Assembly: GCA_002269645.1 (NCBI GenBank)
Contig: NIVC01001334.1
Location: forward strand, 1-64,000
DNA length: 64,000 nucleotides
Origin: Macrostomum lignano
Lineage: Eukaryota
Direction: 5' to 3'
Position 1 is the first letter of the stretch, and every line of letters begins with the position of its first letter. A program made the position numbers and the translations under genes. The notes under the pieces were generated by a model that was given only the letters and a program-made list of their open reading frames with translations, had not been told where the DNA came from and searched no databases. Of the stretch, positions 50,556 through 64,000 are shown piece after piece.

Positions 50556-53500
50556 TCTTCTCCCTGGAAATTCCTTCTCCAAAACCCCTTTATACAGAAT
50601 CCACAGAGAGCGGTATCCCCGTTGAAAAAAGAGAGTAGAGAAACTAGCGGAGAGTAGAGACGAGACAAGATGAGAGTAGATAAAGGAGAGGAGAGGAGAG
50701 ACGAGAGAGGATAGTTGAGAAGGAAGAGAAGAGTAGTGAAAAGAGAAGAGAGAGGAGAGATAAGAGAGCTGAGAAGAGACACAAGCCTTGAGCGGGCGGG
50801 ATTGCTATTGTGAAGTTTCAAAGGACCCCGAGGGCCGGATAGAGAGGCTTCCGTCTTGGAGGCGACCATCACCTCACCATGGAAAGGATAGATAGATAGG
50901 TAAACACACTCGTAGATGCCTGAGTTGGTAGATAAGATTAATGAATAGATCTGTAGCAGGTACCAAATAAGCAGAGGCATCGGATGTTGCATGCACGGAC
51001 TAATGCAGCTGATTAGGCAGTCACATTTAAACAATATTGACCATACAGCTGCCTCAGCACCGCTCAACAGTTTTAAACTTGTAATTCTTGTTTTTTTAAC
51101 CCATTGGCCAACTCCCACCTCTCTCTCGCGGACACGTCAACCCGTGTCCAAACTAATTAATATGACATTCAAATTCTTCTGTTTACCTGTTTTATCCTGA
51201 CTGGCTGTGCGCGCGTGTCAAATAGCCATTTATTGTACTTGTGAGGCTTGTAGGTTTTCTAATTAATTGGGCAGTTAGAACTCAAAGCGGTTTTGGGCCA
51301 AGCTAGCGAGTTAGACATTTTACCCAAAAAGCCAGCGGAATTCAATCAACAGGTTTGAGAGGCGGAGTTTTGTTTAAAAAAACTTTTTTTGGCTAATTTT
51401 GATTGAAGCATCGCCGAGGAGGGGAGTTGGGCGGGCCCTGGCGGGGTCACGCGGCGGGGTCAAGTTGATTAATAGAGGCACTAGGGAGGAAAAGCGCGGA
51501 GTGGCTGAGGAGGCGGGCGCAACTTGGCCCCGACTGAGAGCTTGCTTATAGAAGAAATTAAAGCAAATTAAAGCAAATGACGATGACGGGCCTGGCAGGT
51601 TTGCTGGGAGAGCTTCCAATGTAGGATTTAGACAGGACACCAGGGCGACTTAGATGAGAGTCTTGGGGAGATTTAGACACGACACTATGTGAGATTTAGG
51701 GGAGATTTAGGCACGACTCTGTGGGAGATTTAGACATGACTCTAAGGGAGATTTAGACATGACTCTAAGGGAGATTTAGACATGACTCTAAGGGAGATTT
51801 AGACATGACTCTAGGGGAGATTTAGAAATGACTCTAAGGGAGATTTAGACATGACTCTAGGGGAGATTTAGACATGACTCTAGGGGAGATTTAGACATGA
51901 CTCTAGGGGAGATTTAGACATGACTCTAGGGGAGATTTAGACATGACTCTAGGGGAGATTTAGACATGACTCTAGGGGAGATTTAGACATGACTCTAGGG
52001 GAGATTTAGACATGACTCTAGGGGAGATTTAGACATGACTCTAGGGGAGATTTAGACATGACTCTAGGGGAGACTTAGATACAACTCTAGAGGCACTTTA
52101 GATGCGACTCTGGAGGACAGCTAGACACGGCTATAGGAGCGACTTCGACTCGGATCTTAAAAATTCTCTAAAATTTTGTTTTATCAAACGAATCTGCCGG
52201 AAACGCCTCGGTTTCAAATGAGTTTGTTATTGCCAATTGTCACGCGAGCTAAGATTCTAAAGCAGCAATTAGGCTCTAATTGTCCTGTTACTAATTATCC
52301 TTCGGCCAGAGTATGACGCAATCAGCTAAAACCCTCAAAAGCCTCTGCTTTCGTTCTTATCTACTCTTATTTTTATCGAGTTATCCATTTGCCAGAGTTG
52401 GCTATAATGCTGTCCCTAATAGTGTCCCTAAGTGCCTCTAATGCTGTCCCTAATCGTGTCCCAAAGTGCCTCTAATACTGTCCCTAATAGTGTCCTTAAG
52501 CGCCTCTAATACTGCCCCTAATAGTGTCCCAAAGTGCCTCTAATACTTTCCCTAATAGTGTCTTTAAGCGCCTCTAATACTGTCCCTAATAGTGTCCTTA
52601 AGCGCCTCTAATACTGTCCCTAATAGTGTCCTTAAGCGCCTCTAATACTGTCCCTAATAGTGTCCTTAAGCGCCTCTCATGCTGTCCCTAATAGTGTCCT
52701 TAAGCGCCTCTAATGCTGTCCCTAATAGTGTCCCAAAGTGCCTCTAATACTGCCCCTAATAGTGTCCCAAAGCGCCTCTAATACTGTCCCTAATAGTGTC
52801 CCAAAGTGCCTCTAATACTGTCCCTAATAGTGTCCCCAAACGCCTTTCCTAATAGCATCCTAATAAAATCCTGATAGCATTCTAATAGCATCCTAATAGC
52901 GTCCTAAGGGTAATCCAAATAGCGCCCCTCTAGTCGCGCATACGTGCAACCTAATCCCGAAACCTCTGCCAAACGTCCTCGCCAGGCAACATTGAAACCC
53001 GGACACCGCTGGACAGAGAAGCCACCCCGGCCGGTCTGTGGCTCAGCATTCGAGCCACAGCGGCCAGCGCCGGCTTCTCCTCGGGCCTCAGCAACAGCAG
53101 CGGCGGCAGCAGCTCTGAATTTTCCACGGCTGACTGTCTCGTTTTTGTTAACATTGTCGATGTCAACGACTGCCGACCCGTGGCGTCGGAGGCCGCGCAC
53201 TACCGGGTGCGCGTCGTCGAGGGCGCCCCGGCCGGGCTGGAGCTGCTGCCCGCCGTGCCGGCCGAGGACGGCGACAGCCTGGGCGAGGGCTCGAGGTCCG
53301 GAGTTCGATTCTCGCTGACAGGCGGAAACGAGGCCGGCCACTTTCGGGTGGATTCTGGCACAGGTGAGGATTTGAATCTGTGATCCCCAATCTCCATGAA
53401 ATCCCGCTTAGTCTCAGCAATTCCCCTGAGTATCAGCATCGCAATTCCCCTCAGTATCAGCATCGCAATTCCCCTCAGTATCAGCATCCCGATTCCCCTC

Positions 53501-56500
53501 ATTATCAGCATCGCAATTCCTCTCAGTATAAGCATCGCAATTCCCCTCGGTATCAGCATTGCAATTCCCCTTAGTATCAGCATCGCAATTCCCTGCGCAA
53601 TTCTCAGGCCGCCTGACAACAACAAACTCAAGCATCGATCACGAAGTGGACGAGCGATTTCTGTTGACGCTGAGCATCGCAGACGAAGGCTCACCGCCGC
53701 TGAGCAGCCATGTACAGATCGAGGTCGAGGTCGCCGATGTCAACGACTCGCCGCCGCAATTTGTGGCTTCCCATTTTTACCTGGTCACCTTCGCCGGGAT
53801 GGCTCCGCTGAACTGGACTCGAGCTTTGGAACTCATGCCTCCCGGAGCCGAGCACTGGGATCAGGGTGGGATATTTGGTTGAGATGGGATATTTGATTGA
53901 GATGGGATATTTGGTTGAGATGGGATATTTGGTTGAGATGGGATATTTGGTTGAGATGGGATATTTGATTCAGATGGGATATTTGGTTGAGATGGGATAT
54001 TTGATTCAGATGGGATATTTTAATGGGGATTCCGGTTATTTTACACAATGTTATAAATAGACTGTGCGATAACTCCCTGGGAGAATTTATTGGAGCATCT
54101 CCCAACGCCGCCTCTCCAGTGCCGTCAGCGGCCCTCTCAGCTGCAGCTCCATCGAGCTTCGTCAGCATCGGTGCCCGCCTTTCAGCGCTCGACTTCGACT
54201 CGGCGCCCAACGCCGTCACCGCCTACTCACTGGCGTCGTCGTCAGGCGGCGCTGCCGCGGCGGAGCCTCCGCCGGTTCTGTCCGTCGACAACGGCACCGC
54301 GGAGCTGCGGGTTCGCCTCGCGGCCCTCCTGGCAGCCGGGGGCGCGCACTCGACGCTGGTGCTGGCGCGGGACGCCGTCTCGTCGGAGGTCGCGGGGTCG
54401 GCGTCGGCGCCAGTCCGTCTGGAACTCACCGGCCGGCCGCCACCACCGCCGACGCCAGAGTCGGAGCTGTTCGACCTGCTGCTGGCCGACGGTCGGCCGG
54501 AGGCGCTGCGGGAGGACTCGCGGCCTGGCAGCTCCGTGCCTGGAGTGCTGGCGGTGCCGAGGCTCGGCAGCGGTGGCCGCGGCCCGATCGTCTTCCACCT
54601 GGCCGGTGCGTTGGCTCAGTGCTGGCTGAGCTGATTTCCTGACACCCTGATAGCTTCCTGACACCCTGATATAGCTTCCTGACACCCTGATATAGCTTCT
54701 TGACACCCTGATATAGCTTTCTGACACCCTGATATAGCTTCCTGACACTCAGATAGCCTCCTGACACCCTCATAGCTTCCTGACACCCTCATCGCTTTTT
54801 GACACCCTCATAACTTCCTGACATCCTCATCGCTTCCAGACACTCTGATAGCTTCCTGACGCCCTCATCGCTTCCTGACAACCTTCTAGCTTACCTGACA
54901 CCCTTCTAGCTTTCCTGACACCCTTCTAGCTTTCCTGACAACCTTCTAGCTTCCCTGACACCCTTCTAGCTTTCCTGACACCCTTCTAGCTTTCCTGACA
55001 ACCTTCTAGCTTACCTGACACCCTTCTAGCTTCCCTGACACCCTTCTAGCTTCCCTGACACCCTTCTAGCTTTCCTGACAACCTTCTAGCTTCCCTGAAA
55101 CCCTTCTAGCTTCCCTGACACCCTTCTAGCTTCCCTGAAACCCTTCTAGCTTCCCTGACACCCTTCTAGCTTCCTTGACACCCTTCTAGCTTCCCTGACA
55201 CCCTTCTAGCTTCCCTGACACCCTTCTAGCTTCCCTGACACCCTTCTAGCTTCCCTGACACCCTTCTAGCTTCCCTGACACCCTTCTAGCTTCCCTGACA
55301 CCCTTCTAGCTTCCCTGACACCCTTCTAGCTTCCCTGACACCCTTCTAGCTTCCCTGATACCCTTCTAGCTTCCTTGACAACCTTCTAGCTTCCCCAACA
55401 TCGTGATGCCTCCTGGCATCATGATACCCGGATATTTACATTTTCTCACTCAACATTTCCAAATTTAGCCCCTAATTATCTCGGGTTGGAGCCAGCCCAG
55501 AGCAGAAGTGCTACCCTGACTCTGACACTCTGACACGTCTGTCTGAGATTCAACAATGTTTTGAGAGCATTTTAACTTGACACTGATCGCTACTGAACCA
55601 CTAAAGAAAAACATCGGACCATATTTTTTATTGCACTCATTTTGCACCCACGCACTTCTAACTGACTGACATGGCGCTTCAATCATCAGAAAAAGTCAAA
55701 TTTTTATTTCTCTCTTGACAACTCACCAGGCGCTGGTAGCTCGGATTTTTACCTGCCCCAATCAGGCGGCCGATTAGTGCTAATCCGACGGCTCAACTAC
55801 AGTCGGCAGAGATTGTACAACCTGACCCTGGCCGCCTGGAACGGCTGGAGCATTTCTAGGAAACTGGTGATTATATAATAGATATACTTGATTGCTTTCA
55901 ATTTTTTTAATTGGTGTGTTTATTAGTGTGTTTATTGATGTGTTTATTGATGTGTTTATTGGTGTGTTTATTGGTGTGTTTATTGGTGTGTTTATTGATG
56001 TGTTTATTGGTGTGTTTATTGATGTGTTTATTGGTGTGTTTATTTATGTGTTTTTTGGTGTGTTTATTAATGTGTTCATTGATGTGTTTTTTATGTGTTT
56101 ATTGGTGTGTTTATTAATATGTTCATTGATGTGTTTTTTATGTGATTATTGGTGTGTTTATTGATGTGTTTATTTGTTAGCGTGTTTATTGATGTGTTTA
56201 TTGGTGTGTTTGTTTGCGTGTTTATTGATGTGTTTACTAGCGTGTTTTTAATTCGTTTATTGATGTGTTTATTGATGTTTTTATTGATGTGTTTATTAAT
56301 GTGTTTATTGATGTGTTTATTGATGTTTTTATTGATGTGTTTATTAATGTGTTTATTGTTGTGTTTATTGATGTGTTTATTGATGTGTTTATTAGCGTCT
56401 TTATTGATGTTACTATTGATGTTTTGAAGTGTTTATTGGTGTGTTTATTCCAGCTTTAAAAAAACGGTTTCGCCTTTGTATGTTACTTAGCTACCTTTTT

Positions 56501-57394
56501 AATGATGCTTTATAAACCGTGTGTTTTACCTGTGTTTATTGGTGTGTTTACACACGCTGATACGTCTACCGTGTGTCTACCTGTTAAGTGATGTGTTCTT
56601 GTTCATGGGTGTGTTTAACTACGTGTTTACGTATGCGTTTACGTTTTTGAAAATGTGTTTATCTTCGCGTTTAGCAATATATTTAGCAAAACCTTTATTT
56701 ATGTGTGTTAACTACGTGTTTATTAATGTGTCTGTGTTTATAAACAAATCGTTCCGAGTTGGGTCGAGAATCGAACCCCCGACTTTTCAGTCGTGAGTCC
56801 GACGCTCTCAGCAACAGGCTGCAACCCTACTTGTTTAGCAGTGTGTTCAGCTCTGCCTGCTCTAACCCTGCTCCCGCCTCCGCCCACCCGCGCAGCTGAC
56901 CGTGACGGTTCAGCCCATCAACCGCTGGTGCCCGAAGTTCGACCAGCCTGCCTATCACCGCCGACTGCCGATGCGTCGGGGCAGCCGTCAGCCGGTGATT
57001 CGCGTGTCGGCGAGCGACCCGGACCCGGGCCCGCTGGGCTCCTTGCAGTACTCTGTGCAGGCGGCTGCTCAGGCTTCCAGCCTCTCGCTGTTCTCCATCG
57101 ACCCGCTCACCGGCCAGGTGTGGCGACTCGCCAACCGGGACGGCGCTGTCGGCTTTGTCAGGCGTCGAGTCCACTGGCTGCTGCTGCGCGTTGCCGACTC
57201 GTTCATGTCGCTGGAGGACCGACGGCACGGCTACGCTTGGTTGAGAATTGACGAGCAATGGGCCGCGGCGACGGCTCCGAATGGCGACGATGCGTCGAGG
57301 CCAACGGATGTGGCCGAGGTGCCAGCGAGGGCTCCGGTGGGCTATCCGGTCTGGGCGCCAGCGACAGGGGATGGAAGGTTCCGCATTGAGTCTG
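45006..57394 (+). CDS. Large cadherin-repeat protein (Fat/Dachsous/protocadherin-like); 3' end not resolved
   Basis: Signal-peptide-like start MRLHWLSLLRLLQLLELLSNLSAA. Exons 45006-45971, 46173-46648, 46822-49132 (1 nt short at 48643-48646), 52986-53363 (1 nt short at 53120-53122), 53608-about 53782, about 54100-54605, 55730-55866 and 56896-57394. Cadherin motifs: SDCNEFAP, LDLE, PVNEFAP, LDRE, DVNDNRP, AVDPDLGDNG, DVNDCRP, IDHE, DVNDSPP, ASDPDPG. Confidence 0.9.
46655..46810. repeat. 16-bp minisatellite (CTCACTCATGAACTCC)n
   Basis: Fills the short cadherin intron 46649-46821. Confidence 0.92.
49190..49600. repeat. ~24-bp minisatellite (GTGAGATTTGTGAGTGAGATTTGG)n
   Basis: Tandem units at the 5' end of the cadherin intron 49133-52985. 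Confidence 0.94.
51655..52080. repeat. ~23-bp minisatellite (GGGGAGATTTAGACATGACTCTA)n
   Basis: Near-perfect tandem units. Confidence 0.96.
52405..52905. repeat. ~34-bp minisatellite (CTCTAATACTGTCCCTAATAGTGTCCTTAAGCGC)n
   Basis: Tandem units upstream of the 52986 acceptor. Confidence 0.94.
53415..53592. repeat. 24-bp minisatellite (GCAATTCCCCTCAGTATCAGCATC)n
   Basis: About 7 units, intronic. Confidence 0.94.
53865..54020. repeat. 18-bp minisatellite (GAGATGGGATATTTGGTT)n
   Basis: About 8 units, intronic. Confidence 0.94.
54635..55395. repeat. 21-23-bp minisatellite (CCTGACACCCTTCTAGCTTC)n
   Basis: Tandem units; the unit drifts along the array from CCTGACACCCTGATATAGCTT. Confidence 0.95.
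55905..56450. repeat. 12-bp minisatellite (TGTGTTTATTGR)n
   Basis: Degenerate tandem units, intronic. Confidence 0.93.
56755..56830 (-). mobile_element. tRNA-like (SINE-head-like) fragment
   Basis: Minus strand reads GAGCGTCGGACTCACGACTGAAAAGTCGGGGGTTCGATTCTC, with a B-box. No complete cloverleaf. Confidence 0.4.
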
Positions 57395-57409
57395 GTGAGT
57401 CGGGGTGGC

Positions 57410-57622
57410 AGTCCAGTAGGATTCCAGTTGAGCTGGAGTGGCGGTCCAGTCAGGTTCCAGTTGAGCTGGAATGGCGGTCCAGTCAGGCTCCAGTTGAGCT
57501 GGAGTGGCGGTCCAGTCAGGTTCCAGTTGAGCTGGAGTGGCGGTCCAGTCAGGTTCCAGTTGAGCTGGAGTGGCGGTCCAGTCAGGTTCCAGTTGAGCTG
57601 GAGTGGCGGTCCAGTCAGGTTC
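57410..57622. repeat. 33-bp minisatellite (CCAGTCAGGTTCCAGTTGAGCTGGAGTGGCGGT)n
   Basis: About 6 units right after the 57395 donor. Confidence 0.95.
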
Positions 57623-57966
57623 TGACGAGTTTTCAGCAATTTCCCTGGAGCCAACAGGAGTCAGCTCCCCATTCCAAACACGTGGTGGTGCCGTGCAACT
57701 CCCGCTCTGCGACCGCCCCGCCTTCCCCTGCTGGCTCCAGCAGAGAGCAAACACGCTGGCTGCTTGGCCAACTGTTGAGATGTCGAACTCCTGTGCACTA
57801 CCCAGCTGTCCTGCCTCCCAAAGCCTTCATCATGTTCCCGATTTTCCCATCTGGCCTGACGCCAATTTGTCGGCTCGTTTAGCCGCCGGTAATCCGCTTG
57901 GGCCTCCCCGCTGCTCTGAGCTCTTCCGCGTCGGTTGCCCGCCTCTCAACCAGCAGGTTTGGCTGC

Positions 57967-58015
<49 letters not shown>

Positions 58016-58269
58016 CCTCTGATTTTCCATTTTCCTCCAGCTGCGACAAGCAAAGCGGAAGAGCCGCCCGGACCGGCTTGTTGCTTTTGACTTCTTTTTT
58101 TGGCCGCCTTCTTTGCTGTGTATGGTCCGAAATATTAGTTCTTGACTTGATCCCTTGCGATGGGATTCTAGAAAGGGTGTTGAACATTTTTAGTGACTAA
58201 AATTTTGCTAAGAGTTTTTCAGTCAGTCGAATCGTAGTTCGTAAAAAATGGCCAGCTTGTTAGCCCGTG

Positions 58270-58920
58270 TGTCTACCTGACATCTATCTGCCTTTCTACT
58301 CCACTATCTGCCGTTCTACTGATCTTTATCTGCGGTTCTACTAATCTATCTACCGTTCCATCTAACGTTCTACTAATCTATCTACCGTTCTACTGATCTA
58401 TCTACCGTTCTACTAATCTATCTACCGTTCTACTGATCTATCTACCATTCTGCTGATCTATCTACCATTCTACTGATCTATCTGCGGTTCTACTAATCTC
58501 TATCTGCGGTTCTACTAATCTTTATCTGCGGTTCTACTAATCTATCTACCGTTCTGCTTATCTATCTACCGTTCTACTGATCTATCTGCGGTTCTACTAA
58601 TCTCTAACTGCGGTTTTACTAATCTCTATCTGCGGTTTTACTAATCTCTATCTGCGGTTTTACTAATCTCTATCTGCGGTTTTACTAATCTCTATCTGCG
58701 GTTCTACTAATCTCTATCTGCGGTTCTACTAATCTCTATCTGCGGTTCTACTAATCTATCTACCGTTCTACTGATCTATCTACCGTTCTGCTTATCTATC
58801 TACCGTTCTACTGATCTATCTACCATTCTGCTGATCTATCTACCGTTCCATTGATCTATCTGCGGTTCTACTACTCTATCTGCCGTTTGCTCTACTGATC
58901 TATCTGCTGTTCTTTGCATC
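58270..58920. repeat. ~21-bp degenerate minisatellite (TCTATCTACCGTTCTACTGA)n
   Basis: Tandem units. Confidence 0.9.
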
Positions 58921-59669
58921 TATCTACATTTTTATCTATCTGGTGTTTGGCCTTTCTATCTACCGTTTTATTCACTCGTTTATCTGCTTTTCTACTCATC
59001 TATATACCTCTTAATAACTTATCTATCGACCTGGCCTCTATTTTCACATTTCCATTTAATACTTGTTATTCAGACTTATTGTACAGCCCTTTCAATCAAC
59101 TTCAGTTTCGAGTTGTTCATTAAAATGTCTAAAAAGCATTGTTTCGAACACGGGCAGGTGCTATTACTTAACCAAAATCATAGCGGATTACTGATTAGTT
59201 AGAGAATACTAATAACATATGAGCTTTCTAAAGCCTAAAGAGTTTTATCGAGAGGCCGCCCTCCCGCCCATCCCCCTCCTGAGTCGTGCTATCAAAGTGG
59301 CGGCTCTCCAAGTCTCAAAAGCGGCCTTACCGCTCGCCTCGCATCCACGCCTCCGGCTCTTCGGCTCTCTGTTCCCTCCTTAATACCCACTTGAAAATAA
59401 TTACGCAACGATGTGGAACAGAGGCTGATACCTGTTTGACATGCTTTGCCAATCTAGTCGCTATCTGTCTGTCTGTCTGTCTGCCTGCCTATCACTGACA
59501 AGCTGAACTGCCTGTTCGCGGTGAAGGATGGTTCGAATTCCATCCGGAAATTTTCGGACAGACTGAAAGCCGGCAGTATTATTGACTGACTGACTCACTG
59601 CACCGCTGCGTTAGAGACAGTTTTGAGTTGCCTCCATGCCCATGCATTCTGCAGCCTCTTCTAAACTTT

Positions 59670-61125
<1,456 letters not shown>

Positions 61126-61140
61126 CCTGGTTGTCTGTAG

Positions 61141-61278
61141 AAACAAGCCCCATAAGCTGCTTGATGCCCTGATTCTTCTTGTAGACACTGCTGACTGCCA
61201 AGTGCGATGGAGCCCCGATGAGTTACGGGCACCGCAGGGAGTGAAAATCATTATTGATCAGTTCAAACTGGCCGCAGG
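61141..61278 (+). CDS. Isolated candidate exon of an unidentified gene
   Basis: Acceptor TGTCTGTAG after the (GTCT)n array, open frame [46 protein letters not shown], then a GT donor. Confidence 0.3.
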
Positions 61279-61624
61279 GTAGCCGAATTCCAGCGTCCCG
61301 TAGTTACGCAACCAACCAACTATGCGGCAGGGCACTGGGTGAGGCAGAGAGCTGAGATATGACAGATAAAACAGATAAGAAAGCTTAGCCGTCATTTTTC
61401 CAATTCTTTTTCCAATCAGTGCTGATAACTCCTGCGGGGCCTGGGTAGGCAGCCATCAATCAAGTGGGCCTAGCTCCCGCTAAATTATTGAAATTGTTGA
61501 GCTTGTTTTTAAGAGTCAGTTTCTTTAATTGAATTAAAACTAGCCGCACTTGGAGCGGTAAGTCGCCGGCAAGCAATAATAGAAAATAATGGATCTTCTT
61601 CTTATGATATCTAATAATTGAGCT

Positions 61625-62003
<379 letters not shown>

Positions 62004-62524
62004 TATTCAGGAAGAAGATGCTCCCCCCTATTGCATCACGGAGGTTGGGCTTGGCACTCAAGTGAACAATGTGAGTCCCCTTTGCTCCACTTTGCTGTTC
62101 CACTCCAAACTCTCTTAATCAAATATTTACCTGAACCAACCGCTCCGAATTCTATTCTCCAAGTGGCACAGGTTAGCAGGAAGTGGCCGTATAGGTAGAT
62201 TCTGTATTTGAAGTATTTAGAGTTACTAAGTAATGTATTGTTATATAAATATAGAATCCTGAAGAAGTTGGCCCGCCATAGAAATCATAACATTACGCAA
62301 TCAGGCAGTGCTGGCAAGTGCTCAGTCTCTGACTACCGCGTGGGGGCCACCTGGGCTCATTGAATGGGGAAAAGCCAATTAACTGATTTTGCACCTGCAG
62401 AGTTATTGAATTGGGGATGTTCGTTCTGATCGGCTCTGAACCGGCTGGATCTGTTTTGCTGCATTTTTTCTGAGCTCTCGTTTCCGCTTTTTTCATGTTT
62501 TTTATCGTATCTGGTTGCTCAAGC

Positions 62525-63180
62525 TTCGTCTGTCTGTTTTCATATCTATTCTTATCATCTGTCTGTTCTCATATCTGTTCTCATCATATGTCTGTTCTCA
62601 TATCTCTTCTCATCATCTGTCTGTTCTCATATCTGTTCTCATCATCTATCTGTTCTCATATCTATTCTCTTCATCTGTCTAGTCTCATATCTCTTCTCAT
62701 CATCTGTCTGTTCTCATATCTATTCTAATGATCGTCTGTTGTCATATCTGTTCTCATATCTATTATTATCATCTGTCTGTTCTCATATCTGTTCTCATCA
62801 TCTATCTGTTCTCATATCTATTCTCTTCATCTGTCTAGTCTCATATCTCTTCTCATCATCTGTCTGTTCTCATATCTATTCTCTTCATCTGTCTAGTCTC
62901 ATATATGTTCTCATCATCTGTTGTCTAATCCCATATCTGTTCTCATCACCTGTCTAATTTCATATCTGTTCTCATCACCTGTCTAATTTCATATCTGTTC
63001 TCATCATCTGTTGTCTAATCTCATATCTGTTCTCATCACCTGTCTAATCTCATATCTGTTCTCATCACCTGTCTAATTTCATATCTGTTCTCATCACCTG
63101 TCTAATTTCATATCTGTTCTCATCATCTGTCTAATCTCATATCTGTTCTCATTATCTGTTGTCTAATCTGTTCTTTTCAT
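62525..63180. repeat. Degenerate ~26-29-bp minisatellite (TCATCTGTCTGTTCTCATATCTGTTC)n
   Basis: Tandem units. Confidence 0.9.
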
Positions 63181-63679
63181 CTGTCCCAAGAGTTTCACTC
63201 ATACAGTTATCTAAGCCAGCCCCAATTCAGTGGAATCCGCAGTCCATTAAGAAGAAACTCGGCGGTCTCACAGAGCGGGGCCCAGCAGCGCGGACAAACT
63301 ATAATGTATGCAAATTTCAGTCAGTCAGGAAGAAGATCTTGCAATCGTACGGAGCCAGCCCAGCCTGAGGTCTCTGCGCCCATCAGGGACAAAAAATATT
63401 CTCATCTTTAGCAGCTAATAGCAGCTTGCTTAGGTAGAAAAAATTATTATTTGTTATATTCTCTCTAGACGCGATCGTAAAATGTCTGACCGATTGAATT
63501 TTTCTTAGAAATGATCTGCGCACTTTTCCTGCCTGGCTGGGTGCGTGGCGGCCTCATAAACTTGTCCCGGCAACTGCCTCTCAGTTCGCCTAGGAGTTTG
63601 AGAATATAATTTTATAATTATCTTTCTTCTAGTGCACTTTTCAGTTCACTTGACTCTTGGATAGTGAGCTCTGGTTAAT

Positions 63680-64000
63680 GTGTGCTTGTGAGTGACTGAG
63701 CTACTGATTGATGTGTGCTTGTGAGTGACTGAGCTACTGATTGGTGTGTGCTTGTGAGTGACTGAGCTACTGATTGGTGTGTGCTTGTGAGTGACTGAGC
63801 TACTGATTGGTGTGTGCTTGTGAGTGACTGAGCTACTGATTGGTGTGCGCTTGTGAGTGACTGAGCTACTGATTGGTGTGTGCTTGTGAGTGACTGAGCT
63901 ACTGATTGGTGTGTGCTTGTGAGTGACTGAGCTACTGATTGATGTGTGCTTGTGAGTGACTGAGCGACTGATTGGTGTGTGCTTGTGAGTGACTGAGCTA
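63680..64000. repeat. 33-bp minisatellite (GTGTGCTTGTGAGTGACTGAGCTACTGATTGGT)n
   Basis: About 10 units running off the window end. Confidence 0.96.

Overview
Eukaryotic (animal-like) genomic DNA: GC-rich exons with GT-AG introns, many of them filled by intron-specific mini- or microsatellites. The style resembles a free-living flatworm such as Macrostomum; this is inference and was not verified. I modelled five spliced genes by hand, checking splice phases. (1) An orphan low-complexity gene on the minus strand (7281 to <1). (2) A CLC-1/2-type chloride channel gene (9224-29110) in which both the gating and proton glutamate positions are Leu, and whose exons 11-16 are tandemly duplicated in frame. 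(3) A one-intron divergent actin (31545-32765) with conserved core segments but substituted catalytic residues. (4) An orphan coiled-coil gene with an Arg-rich tail (39166-43129, 5' end unresolved). (5) A large multi-repeat cadherin (45006 to at least 57394). Mobile DNA includes a 2.76-kb TIR element with a perfect 10-bp target-site duplication, a 1.4-kb foldback element with a second partial copy, and several tRNA-like SINE heads. The most unusual structural signal is three pairs of related minisatellite arrays in inverted orientation; one pair brackets exactly the duplicated CLC exon module. Four single-base losses in homopolymers suggest an imperfectly polished long-read assembly, so frameshifts and the duplication need read-level confirmation. 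No rRNA, intact tRNA or CRISPR array was seen.
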